Notes: a model not told the origin generated them from the sequence alone. 64,000 nt of DNA from an uncultured Candidatus Saccharibacteria bacterium (GCA_964437465.1 CAYTGI010000003.1:5731-69730), one strand, 5' to 3'; counted from the stretch's first letter, positions 40,366 through 49,783 are shown. Made by a program: numbers and translations.

Positions 40366-40788
40366 ATGAGTGAGAATTTTGACCTTCCCTATGATTATGA
40401 AATAGGTTGGGATGAAGATCCAGATGTACGTTCAAGAATAAATTTATCTCTTGATATATATTATGTAGATAGAGCAGTTTATATGAATGAAGTTGGAATC
40501 AAAATATTAGAAGATTTCAGAGATAGAGCTTTAGTAACATTATCAACCTTACATCAGACAGGATATCTAGAAAGTGTAGTTATGAGGGCTGGTCAAGAAC
40601 GCCACTACGATTATTTACAAAACTCTTTGATTGATCTCAGGGAATTTATACAAGGCATAAAAAAAGCTGATCAACTTTCTCAAAAAGAAATTGTGAAGAT
40701 AAACTTACTATCTGAGATTTGGATTAAAGTATCTCCATACATTCATAGTTCTCAAGATACAAACTATGAAATATTCTCTCAGAACTAG
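40366..40788 (+). CDS. Hypothetical protein
   Basis: 140-aa ORF. Confidence 0.55.
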   Translation: MSENFDLPYDYEIGWDEDPDVRSRINLSLDIYYVDRAVYMNEVGIKILEDFRDRALVTLSTLHQTGYLESVVMRAGQERHYDYLQNSLIDLREFIQGIKKADQLSQKEIVKINLLSEIWIKVSPYIHSSQDTNYEIFSQN

Positions 40789-40838
40789 TTGTCATTAAAT
40801 GGTAACATTGGTATAATCCCACAATTAATTTCTTTCTA

Positions 40839-41255
40839 ATGAGCGAAATACCACAAGGTCCTGTGTATGATGAAAGTAGAAAAGCAGTGCAATCAAGAAT
40901 AGAAAGAGCAAAGCATTACTATGCTAGCAATATAGATACTACTCCATCATTTTATTATGATCAATTAAGAACTTTAGGAGATATAGTTGAAGTTATTGAA
41001 GATTACAGAACCCACATTGATGATGCGTACTATGATGGCTTAATAAATATTAATATTAATGAGTTTTGGGAAAGAATTAAATCTCCTATTATTCAGTCAA
41101 TTAGGGCAAAAGGAATGCAAATAGATTTATCAGATTACCATAATAAAGAAATTATAATGCTGGTATCTTTAGATGTAAATGAGATTATAAGATGTTTTCC
41201 AGATCTTTTTCCATTTGAATTAACTAATATTTCTCCAAATAGTGATAAGAATTAA
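40839..41255 (+). CDS. Hypothetical protein
   Basis: 138-aa ORF preceded by TGgTATAAT. Confidence 0.55.
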   Translation: MSEIPQGPVYDESRKAVQSRIERAKHYYASNIDTTPSFYYDQLRTLGDIVEVIEDYRTHIDDAYYDGLINININEFWERIKSPIIQSIRAKGMQIDLSDYHNKEIIMLVSLDVNEIIRCFPDLFPFELTNISPNSDKN

Positions 41256-42340
41256 CTTAGTGGATGGTTCTCACGGTGGGCTTCTTCTGCAAATTTATCC
41301 GATGCATGAACGTATCTTGAAGTTGTTTGAAGACTAGAGTGACCTAGAAGTCTTTGGATTGCTGCTGGATTAGCCCCTTCTTCTGCTAAATACGTTGCGA
41401 AACCATGTCTTAGACTGTGCGCGCTTGTTGGAACAATTATTCCTAATTTTCTTCGATAGTCAGCTATTTTCATCTGTATATAGTTTTGTGAAAGTCGAAC
41501 TATATATGGATTCTCTGTAGCTTTTCTTGTTCCTTTTGTTGGAATAAACATTGCTGGGAATTCGTCCGTTCTAAATTTTAAGTATTCATTCATAAAGTGA
41601 ATTGCCCGCTCTGTTAAATAGACAAACCTTTGTTTTTTTCCTTTACCCATTACATAAATTTTATTATCAGCTAGTTGATTATTCTCAATTCTAATCATGT
41701 CTCGATCTAGAGAAGCTACCTCTGAAATTCTCATTCCAGTTGAGAAAATTAATTCTAAAATTGATCTATTTCTAGCAGCAACAACTGGATCATTTTCAAC
41801 TTCACTAGGGTACTCTAAAAGCTTTATTAATTCATCAAGCTCAGCTACCTGTTTTTCTTTTTTTTCAGCTTTAATCATTTTTACTGCATTCGCAGGGATC
41901 GGAGGTTCTTTGTCGATATCTTCTAGAAATGTTAAGTATCTACGAAGGGCAGATAACATTCGATTAACTGAGCTATCTGAAAGCTGACCTTTATATAAAG
42001 CCTTTTTCTTCTCGGAAATCTCCGATCTACTCTTTTCTATTATCTCCTTAGTTAATTCTTCTCCTTTTTGAAATGCATGAAGAATTGGAATATAGTTTTG
42101 ATCTCTTAAGAATCCCTTGTATTCAATAATATCTATTTTAGAAAGTTTCTCGAAAGAAGTTTCAATGTAGTATAAAAACGAAGAAAAGATCTCCAAATCT
42201 CGAGAGTAATTGTCTAATGTTTGTTTTGAATAATTATCATTTTTTAAACTCAAGATAAACTCTCGCATGAGAGGTAACGCATAAGGACTTAAAGTCTTTC
42301 TCGAATTTATATCTTTTACTCTATCTACCGCATCTTTCAT
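41252..42340 (-). CDS. XerC/XerD-family tyrosine recombinase
   Basis: T..NY.RDL, STGMRISE, GKGKKQR, HSLRHGFAT, LLGHSSL.TT.RY. Confidence 0.95.
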   Translation of the reverse strand: MKDAVDRVKDINSRKTLSPYALPLMREFILSLKNDNYSKQTLDNYSRDLEIFSSFLYYIETSFEKLSKIDIIEYKGFLRDQNYIPILHAFQKGEELTKEIIEKSRSEISEKKKALYKGQLSDSSVNRMLSALRRYLTFLEDIDKEPPIPANAVKMIKAEKKEKQVAELDELIKLLEYPSEVENDPVVAARNRSILELIFSTGMRISEVASLDRDMIRIENNQLADNKIYVMGKGKKQRFVYLTERAIHFMNEYLKFRTDEFPAMFIPTKGTRKATENPYIVRLSQNYIQMKIADYRRKLGIIVPTSAHSLRHGFATYLAEEGANPAAIQRLLGHSSLQTTSRYVHASDKFAEEAHRENHPLS

Positions 42341-42382
42341 ACATTAGTATAGAGGTTTGGTGAGTATAATGGCAAGGAGCAA

Positions 42383-42804
42383 GTGTTCACGTAGGTATGT
42401 ACACATGTATGCATGTAGGCGTGTACTCACGGATTTCCCCTTCTAGCAGGAGGGGTTAGGGGAGGTAGAATGTCGAGGTCTACCCCACCTTAATCCTCCC
42501 CTGCTAGGTGAGGAAATTATTTAATAAGACTAATTACTAAAAACTAACAACTAAATTTACTCAAGTACTGAGGTACCAAGGTACAAAAAAGATTAAAGAC
42601 AGAAGAAGAAAGATACCAGATTACAGAATTCAGATATTAGATACCAGATTGGATAGATCAGGCTACTAAGTTACTAGCCAAAAAAACTAAAAGCTAGCAG
42701 CTAATAGCTAATAGTTAATACCTAATCACCCAACTTCCTAATTCTAAACTTAATCTTAAAAATATAAGTTCATCACTAATAACTCGCTACTCACAACTAT
42801 TATC
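42383..42804. repeat. Mosaic of degenerate 6-8-nt tandem repeats
   Basis: Successive arrays GTAnnCAT, TAAnnAC, ACnnAGGT, AGAnnnC, CTAnnAG, TAAnnT, TnnnnAC. Confidence 0.75.
42433..42517. repeat. 85-bp GC-rich imperfect palindrome (REP-like)
   Basis: ATTTCC..CTAGCAGG.GGGGTTAGG..GGTAGA pairs with TCTACC..CCTTAATCCTC.CCTGCTAG..GGAAAT. Confidence 0.8.
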
Positions 42805-42841
42805 TTTCATAATGTATAATCAATTTAATTAACAAAAATAT

Positions 42842-43237
42842 ATGGAAGAAAATAATGACATTCAAAACGAAGTATCTACAGCTTCATCTCCAGATGTAGA
42901 AACAACTCCCGAATCTAAGTCAAAAGGTATTCTCTTTAGATCTTGGGCTTTAATTGCAGCTGGTATCGGGGTTTTAGTTGCAGCGCTTGGGACTTTTTTA
43001 AAATTTTTTATGAAGCTATCTTTTGTAGGAAAGTTCATTTTCATAACAATTTTAATTTTATTTTCTAGCTTTTTCTATGTTTTTGGTTATCGAACAGGAG
43101 TGGAAAATGGAAAATCTGAAGTTGAACAAGAAGTTTTAGAAATTACTAACTATGAAGTAGATGAGCTTGATGAATTAATGAATCAAATTGATCAGTTAAG
43201 AAATACTTTGGATACACTAAGAGAGATAAATGAATAA
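42842..43237 (+). CDS. Hypothetical membrane protein
   Basis: Two TMs and C-terminal coiled coil; overlaps glyA start. Confidence 0.65.
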   Translation: MEENNDIQNEVSTASSPDVETTPESKSKGILFRSWALIAAGIGVLVAALGTFLKFFMKLSFVGKFIFITILILFSSFFYVFGYRTGVENGKSEVEQEVLEITNYEVDELDELMNQIDQLRNTLDTLREINE

Positions 43238-44606
43238 AAAGATAAAAGAGATAATAAAAAATGAGTACGATAGACAACACTCTACTTTAGGGATGATTCC
43301 ATCGGAAAACTACTCTTCTAAGTCTGTTAGAGAAGCTGTTGGTTCGGTTTTAATGCATAAATATTCTGAAGGTTATCCAAATGCTAGATACTATGAAGGG
43401 AATAGTGTTGTTGACGAATTAGAAGATTTAGCTCGAGAAATGGTTTTAAAGGTTATGCTTAAACATGATAAACCTGAAATTAAAGATGACTGGCACGCGA
43501 ACGTTCAAGTTCTTTCAGGAAGTTCAGCTAATTTAGCAGTTTATAACTCTGTTCTAAAGCCGGGGGATAAGATTATGAGTATGTATCTTCCGGACGGAGG
43601 ACATCTATCTCACGGTTGGAGCTATAACACCAAAGGTGCAAATTCTAAATCACAAAATATCAATTCTAAAATAACAGGTGATCTTGCATATTTAGGAGGA
43701 AATAAAAAAGTAAATTTTACTTCTAAAATCTTTGAAGTTTTACAGTATAAAACAGATCCGAAAACTGGATTATTTAACTACGATGAAATTGAAAAGCTAG
43801 CTTTAGAGTTTAAACCTAAATACATAATTACAGGTGGAACTTCTTATCCTAGGGATATTGATTATAAAAGAATGAGAGAAATTGCGGATAAAGTTGAAGC
43901 TTATTATCATGCGGATGTCGCCCATGAAGCTGGACTTATAGCCGGAGGAGCTGTTCCTTCACCTTTTGAATTCGCCGACTTTGTTACTTTTACTACTCAT
44001 AAAACACTTAGAGGACCTAAAGGAGCAGTTGCAATGTCTAGGAAGAAATATGCTAAGAAGCTAGATAGATCAGTTTTTCCAGGTCTTCAAGGAGGGCCAT
44101 TTAATCATCAAATTGCTGGGATTACTCAGGCTTTGTTTGAAGCTGATACTAAAGAGTTTGAAGGGTACGCCAAACAAGTTGTTAAAAACGCAAAGGTGCT
44201 TGCTGAAGAGTTAATGAATTATGATTTTAATGTAATTAGTAAAGGAACGGACAAACACTTAGTTTTAATTGAAGTACTCTCTAAAGGTATTCCTGGATCA
44301 CTATTCGCAAGAGCTTTAGCTTTAGTTGGAATAATCGCAAATAAAAATACTGTACCTTACGAAAAAGGAAGTCCTGCTAACCCATCCGGAGTTAGATTCG
44401 GGACTCCAATATTAACTACAAGAGGTATGAAAGAAGATGTAATAAAAGAGGTAGCAGCAATTATTAAAGATACTTTTGAAGTATGTTTAGAGCATGTTGA
44501 AGAATACGAAGATGACTTTGAAAAAACATTTTTAGAAGATGAGGAAACTGTTCTTCTTCAAAAAAGGGTTAGTTCGTTAGCAAATAAGTATAAACTTCCA
44601 GAATAA
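43230..44606 (+). CDS. glyA: Serine hydroxymethyltransferase
   Basis: IPSENY, KYSEGYP..RYY.G, GGHLSHG, TTHKTLRGP, FPGLQGGP, SGVRFGTP..TTRG. Confidence 0.98.
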   Translation: MNKKIKEIIKNEYDRQHSTLGMIPSENYSSKSVREAVGSVLMHKYSEGYPNARYYEGNSVVDELEDLAREMVLKVMLKHDKPEIKDDWHANVQVLSGSSANLAVYNSVLKPGDKIMSMYLPDGGHLSHGWSYNTKGANSKSQNINSKITGDLAYLGGNKKVNFTSKIFEVLQYKTDPKTGLFNYDEIEKLALEFKPKYIITGGTSYPRDIDYKRMREIADKVEAYYHADVAHEAGLIAGGAVPSPFEFADFVTFTTHKTLRGPKGAVAMSRKKYAKKLDRSVFPGLQGGPFNHQIAGITQALFEADTKEFEGYAKQVVKNAKVLAEELMNYDFNVISKGTDKHLVLIEVLSKGIPGSLFARALALVGIIANKNTVPYEKGSPANPSGVRFGTPILTTRGMKEDVIKEVAAIIKDTFEVCLEHVEEYEDDFEKTFLEDEETVLLQKRVSSLANKYKLPE

Positions 44607-44643
44607 AATACTTAATAGTTAGCAATTAATAATTAACTAAAGA

Positions 44644-45147
44644 ATGGATACTAATGATTTGCTAAAACGAGTTAAATATATTGCATTGCAATGTAGGAGT
44701 TTAATAAATCATACTTTTAAGGATGATTATCCATCTTCAGGAAATATCGGTATATTTTCTCAAAGTTATTTAGAATTTGCATCTTTAAAAAACATATCAC
44801 AAAAACTTACAAATCCAAACAGTAATCCTAAACACAAGTATTTTGAATTAATAGACCCTATACTAGTTGGTAATGATACATTTACTCATCTGTACGTAAG
44901 GAAATATGATGATAGTGATTATGGGAAAAATAAAGGTGATGTTGATTATTTAGTTGATTTAGAAAAATATGTCCATCTAAAAGAAGCAGTTATAAAAGGT
45001 GGGTTTAAGAATGCTTTAATGTATAAAAGACCAGGTTGGGATACGATTCAGATTTCGAACAAAGGTTATGATGTTATCTCTTACTTATCAACTAAAGAAA
45101 TGGCAGAAAAAGTTAGAGTTAAGTTTGATTCTAAGACGGATCTGTAA
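44644..45147 (+). CDS. Hypothetical protein
   Basis: 167-aa ORF; GNIGIF, HLYVRK, GDVDY. Confidence 0.6.
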   Translation: MDTNDLLKRVKYIALQCRSLINHTFKDDYPSSGNIGIFSQSYLEFASLKNISQKLTNPNSNPKHKYFELIDPILVGNDTFTHLYVRKYDDSDYGKNKGDVDYLVDLEKYVHLKEAVIKGGFKNALMYKRPGWDTIQISNKGYDVISYLSTKEMAEKVRVKFDSKTDL

Positions 45148-45217
45148 TTCCTATAATGTCTTAAACAACTTTGGAACCTTCTACCTTTGGAACTTTTTAA
45201 CATTGAAACCTTCGGGC

Positions 45218-46114
45218 CTAATACTCAAAGTTACTCGATAACCTAACAACATTTCTCAATAAACATGCAACCGTAAGTGGACCGACTCCTCCAGGGACTG
45301 GTGTAATCCAAGAAGCTTTTTCTTCAAGCTCGTGAGACCAGATAAAATCACCTTTATATTGATCTTCTTTTTTCTCACTAGTAACATCAATTAGAATTGC
45401 CCCATTTTTAATCATTGTATGATCGATTAAATCTGTTTTTCCGGTTGCTGAAACAATGATATCTGCTTTAGTTGTAAACTCATGAAGATTTTCTGTATTT
45501 TTATTTGCTATAGTTACAGTCCCTCCTAGAGAGCTTAGAATCTGAGCTAAGGGTTTTCCAATTAAATTTGAGTTGTTTATAATAACAATATTCTTACCTA
45601 ATAGACTTTTTATTTTAAAGCTTCCTTCTGTTAAGGCTGACCAGGTTAAATTTTCTTCAATACATACATTTAAACATTCTAAAACAGCTTCAACGGTTGC
45701 TGGTGGTATTGATCCATTTAGTAAATAAGAGCTACTTCCTTGATTTAAAGCAGTTAATCCGTCTGCATCTTTTTCAGGTACTAGTGCGTTAAGAAACTCA
45801 TTTGCATACCCATTAAGATTATCGTAAAGAGGTAATTGAATTAGCGCTCCATTCACACCGACATTGTGTCTTAGCCTATTTATCTCATGCATAAATGCTT
45901 CCTTAGTTATATCATCAGGAAATTCATAAAGCCTAGGTTCAATTCCAACCTCTTTTGCTCTTTTCATTTTGAGCTTAACGAACATTCTGCTAGCTGGATC
46001 ATTTGAAGCAAGAAAAATTACTAATCGAGGTGTTCTACCAAGTATCTGGATGTTCTCTCTTATACCATTAAGAATATTATCTGCAATCTCTTTACCGTTT
46101 ATATAATTAGCCAT
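45218..46114 (-). CDS. folD: Methylene-THF dehydrogenase/cyclohydrolase
   Basis: INGKEIA, G.LIQLPL, PEKDADG, S.LIGKPL, ITPVPGGVGPLTVA.L. Confidence 0.95.
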   Translation of the reverse strand: MANYINGKEIADNILNGIRENIQILGRTPRLVIFLASNDPASRMFVKLKMKRAKEVGIEPRLYEFPDDITKEAFMHEINRLRHNVGVNGALIQLPLYDNLNGYANEFLNALVPEKDADGLTALNQGSSSYLLNGSIPPATVEAVLECLNVCIEENLTWSALTEGSFKIKSLLGKNIVIINNSNLIGKPLAQILSSLGGTVTIANKNTENLHEFTTKADIIVSATGKTDLIDHTMIKNGAILIDVTSEKKEDQYKGDFIWSHELEEKASWITPVPGGVGPLTVACLLRNVVRLSSNFEY

Positions 46115-46132
46115 AAACCAATTCTACCACTC

Positions 46133-47062
46133 CTAGAGAATATTGTAATCTTTAGGGTTTCCTAATATGTTATCCCTAGTATCTTTTACAATTGTCTCTA
46201 CAGATTCTTTTGTTAAAAATGCAATATGCTTTGTTTGAATTACGTTATCTCTTAACAGTCTAGAATCAAACATATCGTCACAATCTCCAGAGTCCCACAC
46301 ATCAACTCCAAGCCCAGAAAGAATCCCTTCATCTAAAGCTTTAATTGTATCATCAGAATTAAGTATGTCTCCTCGCGCAGTATTAATAAGATAGTTTGGT
46401 TTAAACCTCATTTTACTGATTAAGTCATAATTTACAGAGTGTTTAGTATGCTCATTTAATGGAGCGTGTATTGAAACAAATTGAGATCTATCAAAAAGTT
46501 CTTCAAGAGAGTTCACCCTCTCTATTCCATCGTAAAATTGAACAACAGGATCAAAATAGATTACATACATTCCAAAACCTTTAGCAATTTCGGAGAAATG
46601 TTGACCGATCTTTCCTAATCCATAAATACCTATTGCTCTACCATGAAGAGCTGTACCCATAGATTCTTTTGTACGGTGATTTTCATAGTTCTTATGCTTT
46701 TTTATTTCTACTGGTATTTTACGAACTGTAGCTAGAAGTAATGTGAAAGCAAATTCTGCAATTGACTCTGGGGAGTATCTAGCAACTCTAAAAACTTCAA
46801 ATCCAATCTCTTTAGCTAAATCCACATTTACATTATTAAAACCGGCTGTTCTTAACGCTAACTTTCTAGTTCCTGAATCATACAGCTTTGGAAGGTCTGA
46901 ATCTGGAATTGTACAGTCAGTGAATATTGAAATAGCATAGTAACCTTGTGACTTTTCTAAAGTGTAAAGATCAGTAGTAAATTCAGCTTCAGGTATATTA
47001 ATTCTTTCAGTTTCAACTATCTCTTGTTCAAAATCTTGCCATTCAAAAAAAATAGATCTCAT
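46133..47062 (-). CDS. D-isomer 2-hydroxyacid dehydrogenase (D-lactate dehydrogenase-like)
   Basis: ALRTAGFNNV, YSPESIAE, G.GKIG, SIHAPL, INTARG, HIAF.T.E. Confidence 0.9.
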   Translation of the reverse strand: MRSIFFEWQDFEQEIVETERINIPEAEFTTDLYTLEKSQGYYAISIFTDCTIPDSDLPKLYDSGTRKLALRTAGFNNVNVDLAKEIGFEVFRVARYSPESIAEFAFTLLLATVRKIPVEIKKHKNYENHRTKESMGTALHGRAIGIYGLGKIGQHFSEIAKGFGMYVIYFDPVVQFYDGIERVNSLEELFDRSQFVSIHAPLNEHTKHSVNYDLISKMRFKPNYLINTARGDILNSDDTIKALDEGILSGLGVDVWDSGDCDDMFDSRLLRDNVIQTKHIAFLTKESVETIVKDTRDNILGNPKDYNIL

Positions 47063-47439
47063 TTTCTCTTCTTTTTAAGTTTAATTATGAATCTAAAGAA
47101 TATAAGTAGGCCTATTGTTGCAAAAAAGAAAATATGTTTAAGTAATTGATTTATGTCGACAATCGGCTCGAATTCTGATTTCCCATCATTCATCTTAATA
47201 AAACCAATAGGTTTAATACTTGAACTAATTCCATATCCTCCACCTTCTCCTTCAGCATCATCTCCAAGCTCATTTTTTCCTGTGCCCTTACCAATTCCTC
47301 CTCCTCCAGAATAAGAAACTTTTGAAACAGGAATGATTGTAGAACCATTCTTTTCTATTGGATCTCCGTAGACAGTTTTTGTATCAGAAGTTGACTCAAC
47401 TAAATTTTTAATTTGTTGTATTAAATCTTTTAGTTCCAC
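47059..47439 (-). CDS. YtfJ/GerW-family protein
   Basis: KTVYGDPI....TIIPVSKV..GGGG, GGG.G...KPIGF. Confidence 0.85.
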   Translation of the reverse strand: MELKDLIQQIKNLVESTSDTKTVYGDPIEKNGSTIIPVSKVSYSGGGGIGKGTGKNELGDDAEGEGGGYGISSSIKPIGFIKMNDGKSEFEPIVDINQLLKHIFFFATIGLLIFFRFIIKLKKKRK

Positions 47440-47540
47440 AAACTAGTATATTTAAATCTAGAACTAAAGTCCAACTATCTTTTCTGTAGATCAAAGAATC
47501 ATATAATGTTAAAATAGCAAAGCAAATTTTGGATTGATGA

Positions 47541-47614
47541 GCGCCAGTAGCTCAGCTGGATAGAGCAACTGCCTTCTAAGCAGTAGGTCCCAGGTTCGAA
47601 TCCTGGCTGGCGTA
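47541..47614 (+). tRNA. tRNA-Arg(TCT)
   Basis: GCGCCAG/CTGGCGT acceptor, ACTGC-CTTCTAA-GCAGT, GGTTCGAATCC. Confidence 0.96.
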
Positions 47615-47659
47615 TGAAAGTAAATTAAAAATTCAAAAGGTTATAATTCAAATCTAGTT

Positions 47660-47898
47660 GGTCCTATAGCTCAACCGGTATCCCGAAGAATGGGCTGATA
47701 GCTCAATCGGTAGAGCAGTTGCCTCTTAAGCAATTGGTTCTGGGTTCGAGTCCCAGTCAGCTCATTCTTCGGGATTAAGCGATTGGTTGTGGGCTCCGAA
47801 AATTAAAATCCAAAGGATTTTAAAATTTTCGAGAGTCCTCGTTTTTCTATTGAAGACAAAATTAAAGAAAAAACGGGATTCGAGTCCAACCCGGATCA
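47660..47898 (+). pseudogene. Interrupted, decayed outer tRNA-Lys relic enclosing the intact tRNA-Lys
   Basis: Pieces 47660-47680 (nt 1-21), 47775-47793 (nt 35-53) and 47879-47898 (nt 54-73) align in order with the inner tRNA; nt 22-34 missing. Confidence 0.82.
47692..47764 (+). tRNA. tRNA-Lys(CTT), nested
   Basis: GGGCTGA/TCAGCTC acceptor, GTTGC-CTCTTAA-GCAAT, CTGGG-TTCGAGT-CCCAG. Confidence 0.96.
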
Positions 47899-47964
47899 TA
47901 AATAGGAAAAAAAGAATGAATTTTGATTTTGGAGACTAATGAAGAAATATATAGCAACTAAGGT

Positions 47965-49491
47965 TTAGCCATTTTCGTACTTATCTATCTTTTCCTTTAA
48001 TTCGATCATCTTAAGTTCTCTATCTACCATTAATCTATTCAGGTTTTCCAATTCTTCGTTTCTTTTTCTCAATTCATCTTCAATCATCTTACTTTCATTA
48101 ATATTAGTAGAGATGCTAGCTACAGCATAGATTTCTCCTTTATTGTTGAATAAAGGAAATTTTCTTGAAGAGTAAATTAGATCTCCATGATCCTTTGTAG
48201 GTAGTATTTCTTCAACAGTTATCTCATCTCCTATTGTTAAAGCCTTCTTGTCATTTTCCTCAATTTTATTCGCAATCTTAACTGGAAAAAGATCTAAATC
48301 TAGTCTATTTTCAATTCTATGGAATCTAATATCTAATATTTCAATAAATGCCTTATTTGCAAAAACGTACTTACCATTAAGGTCTTTAACATATATAAGT
48401 GCGGAGGTATTGTTTAAAATATCACTAAATCTGGATTTAGTGATTTGTAAATCCTCGTTTAATTTTTCAGCCTGATTATGTATTTTACTTGTAGAGAAGC
48501 TGACAAGATATATGATAATTCCACTAGTTAAAGATAAAGCACCTCCGACAAATAGAACTAATAAAGGAAAAATACTTAACACCTCTTCATTAGAAAAGTC
48601 AGGCTCAGAATAAATTAAAAATTTTATTCTTTTACCACCAAAAGATATAGTTTTTTCGTTTTTTAAAGTTTCATCAGAGACAATATCTATAACTTGACCT
48701 CTTGAATATATAATATTGTTATCTTCCCATACTTCTATATAAACATCAGCACTTTGTTTAGGTGAATTATCAAATATAGTGTCAAAAAAATCATTAACAC
48801 TGAAAGCCATAGAAATAAATCCTTCTACTTCAAGTTGATCTACAGGTTCATTGGTAGTATGTATATCTGCTGGAAAAGGGATTAGGTAATGAAATCCTGG
48901 TTCATTATTAATTAAAAAGTTAAATACATCCGAAGCTGAAGCTAACCCAGATGTCCAAGCACGATTCAAAGCTTCTCTTCTTACACTTTCTTGCCCGATA
49001 TCCCAGCCTAATGTATCCTCAAGTCCTTCTAATGGATAAATATATGTAGCAGGAAAGTATGGTCCGGTTTCAGATGTGCTCTCTATTTCAAACTCATCAA
49101 GTCCATCGTAGACAACCGAACGATCATTTCTAATACTTGTTTCAAATTCATCTACTGCATCTTTGGGTATTATCGGGACATAATAAACTGAGGCAATACC
49201 CCTCAAAGAATGTAAACTTAAAATATGACTGAAGTATTCTATCCAGCTTTTTCTATTAAATTCTTCTAATAAGTTAAAAGTTGAGCTTGCATCTTTTAAG
49301 ACAATCTCGTAGTTATCAATTTGACTTTCAGCGCTTGCGATGAGATTTTCAGAAGCTATGTCAAATCTTTCTCTTGATATATTTTTGAAAGAGTTCATTA
49401 GGATGTATGAAGAAGTAATAGTCAATATAATTAATACTAGAGGTATAAGGTATACTGACAATTTTAATATTTTTTGAAACTCTTTCTCCAT
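47965..49491 (-). CDS. CHASE-PAS membrane sensor with no catalytic output domain
   Basis: TM-CHASE (YIYP...LGWD..E..RREAL.RA)-TM-PAS (IYVKDLNGKY.FAN)-coiled coil ending LMVDRELKMIELK. Confidence 0.85.
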   Translation of the reverse strand: MEKEFQKILKLSVYLIPLVLIILTITSSYILMNSFKNISRERFDIASENLIASAESQIDNYEIVLKDASSTFNLLEEFNRKSWIEYFSHILSLHSLRGIASVYYVPIIPKDAVDEFETSIRNDRSVVYDGLDEFEIESTSETGPYFPATYIYPLEGLEDTLGWDIGQESVRREALNRAWTSGLASASDVFNFLINNEPGFHYLIPFPADIHTTNEPVDQLEVEGFISMAFSVNDFFDTIFDNSPKQSADVYIEVWEDNNIIYSRGQVIDIVSDETLKNEKTISFGGKRIKFLIYSEPDFSNEEVLSIFPLLVLFVGGALSLTSGIIIYLVSFSTSKIHNQAEKLNEDLQITKSRFSDILNNTSALIYVKDLNGKYVFANKAFIEILDIRFHRIENRLDLDLFPVKIANKIEENDKKALTIGDEITVEEILPTKDHGDLIYSSRKFPLFNNKGEIYAVASISTNINESKMIEDELRKRNEELENLNRLMVDRELKMIELKEKIDKYENG

Positions 49492-49783
49492 TAATACATC
49501 TTAAATAAATAGTCTTTACATGTAAATTACATTTATTTAAGAATAGTAGCTTATGAGGTATAATTCATAGCAACTTACTTGGTGGCTATTGCTCCCCGCA
49601 AGGCGGGACTAATGTGGTCATATATTTTTACTACAATACGTTTGTAAAAATGTGACCTTATTGAGCAGTCTCCAACTTCGCTATTTGTATATCTATGTTG
49701 ATATAGTGAAGAAATGACATTACATAGAGTATTTGGTGGCTATAGCTCAGTTGGTAGAGCGTCAAAGTTTTAGATTATAGTGG

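Noticed and set aside
42383-42804. CRISPR array
   Set aside because: No constant 23-47-nt repeat with unique spacers, and no cas genes.
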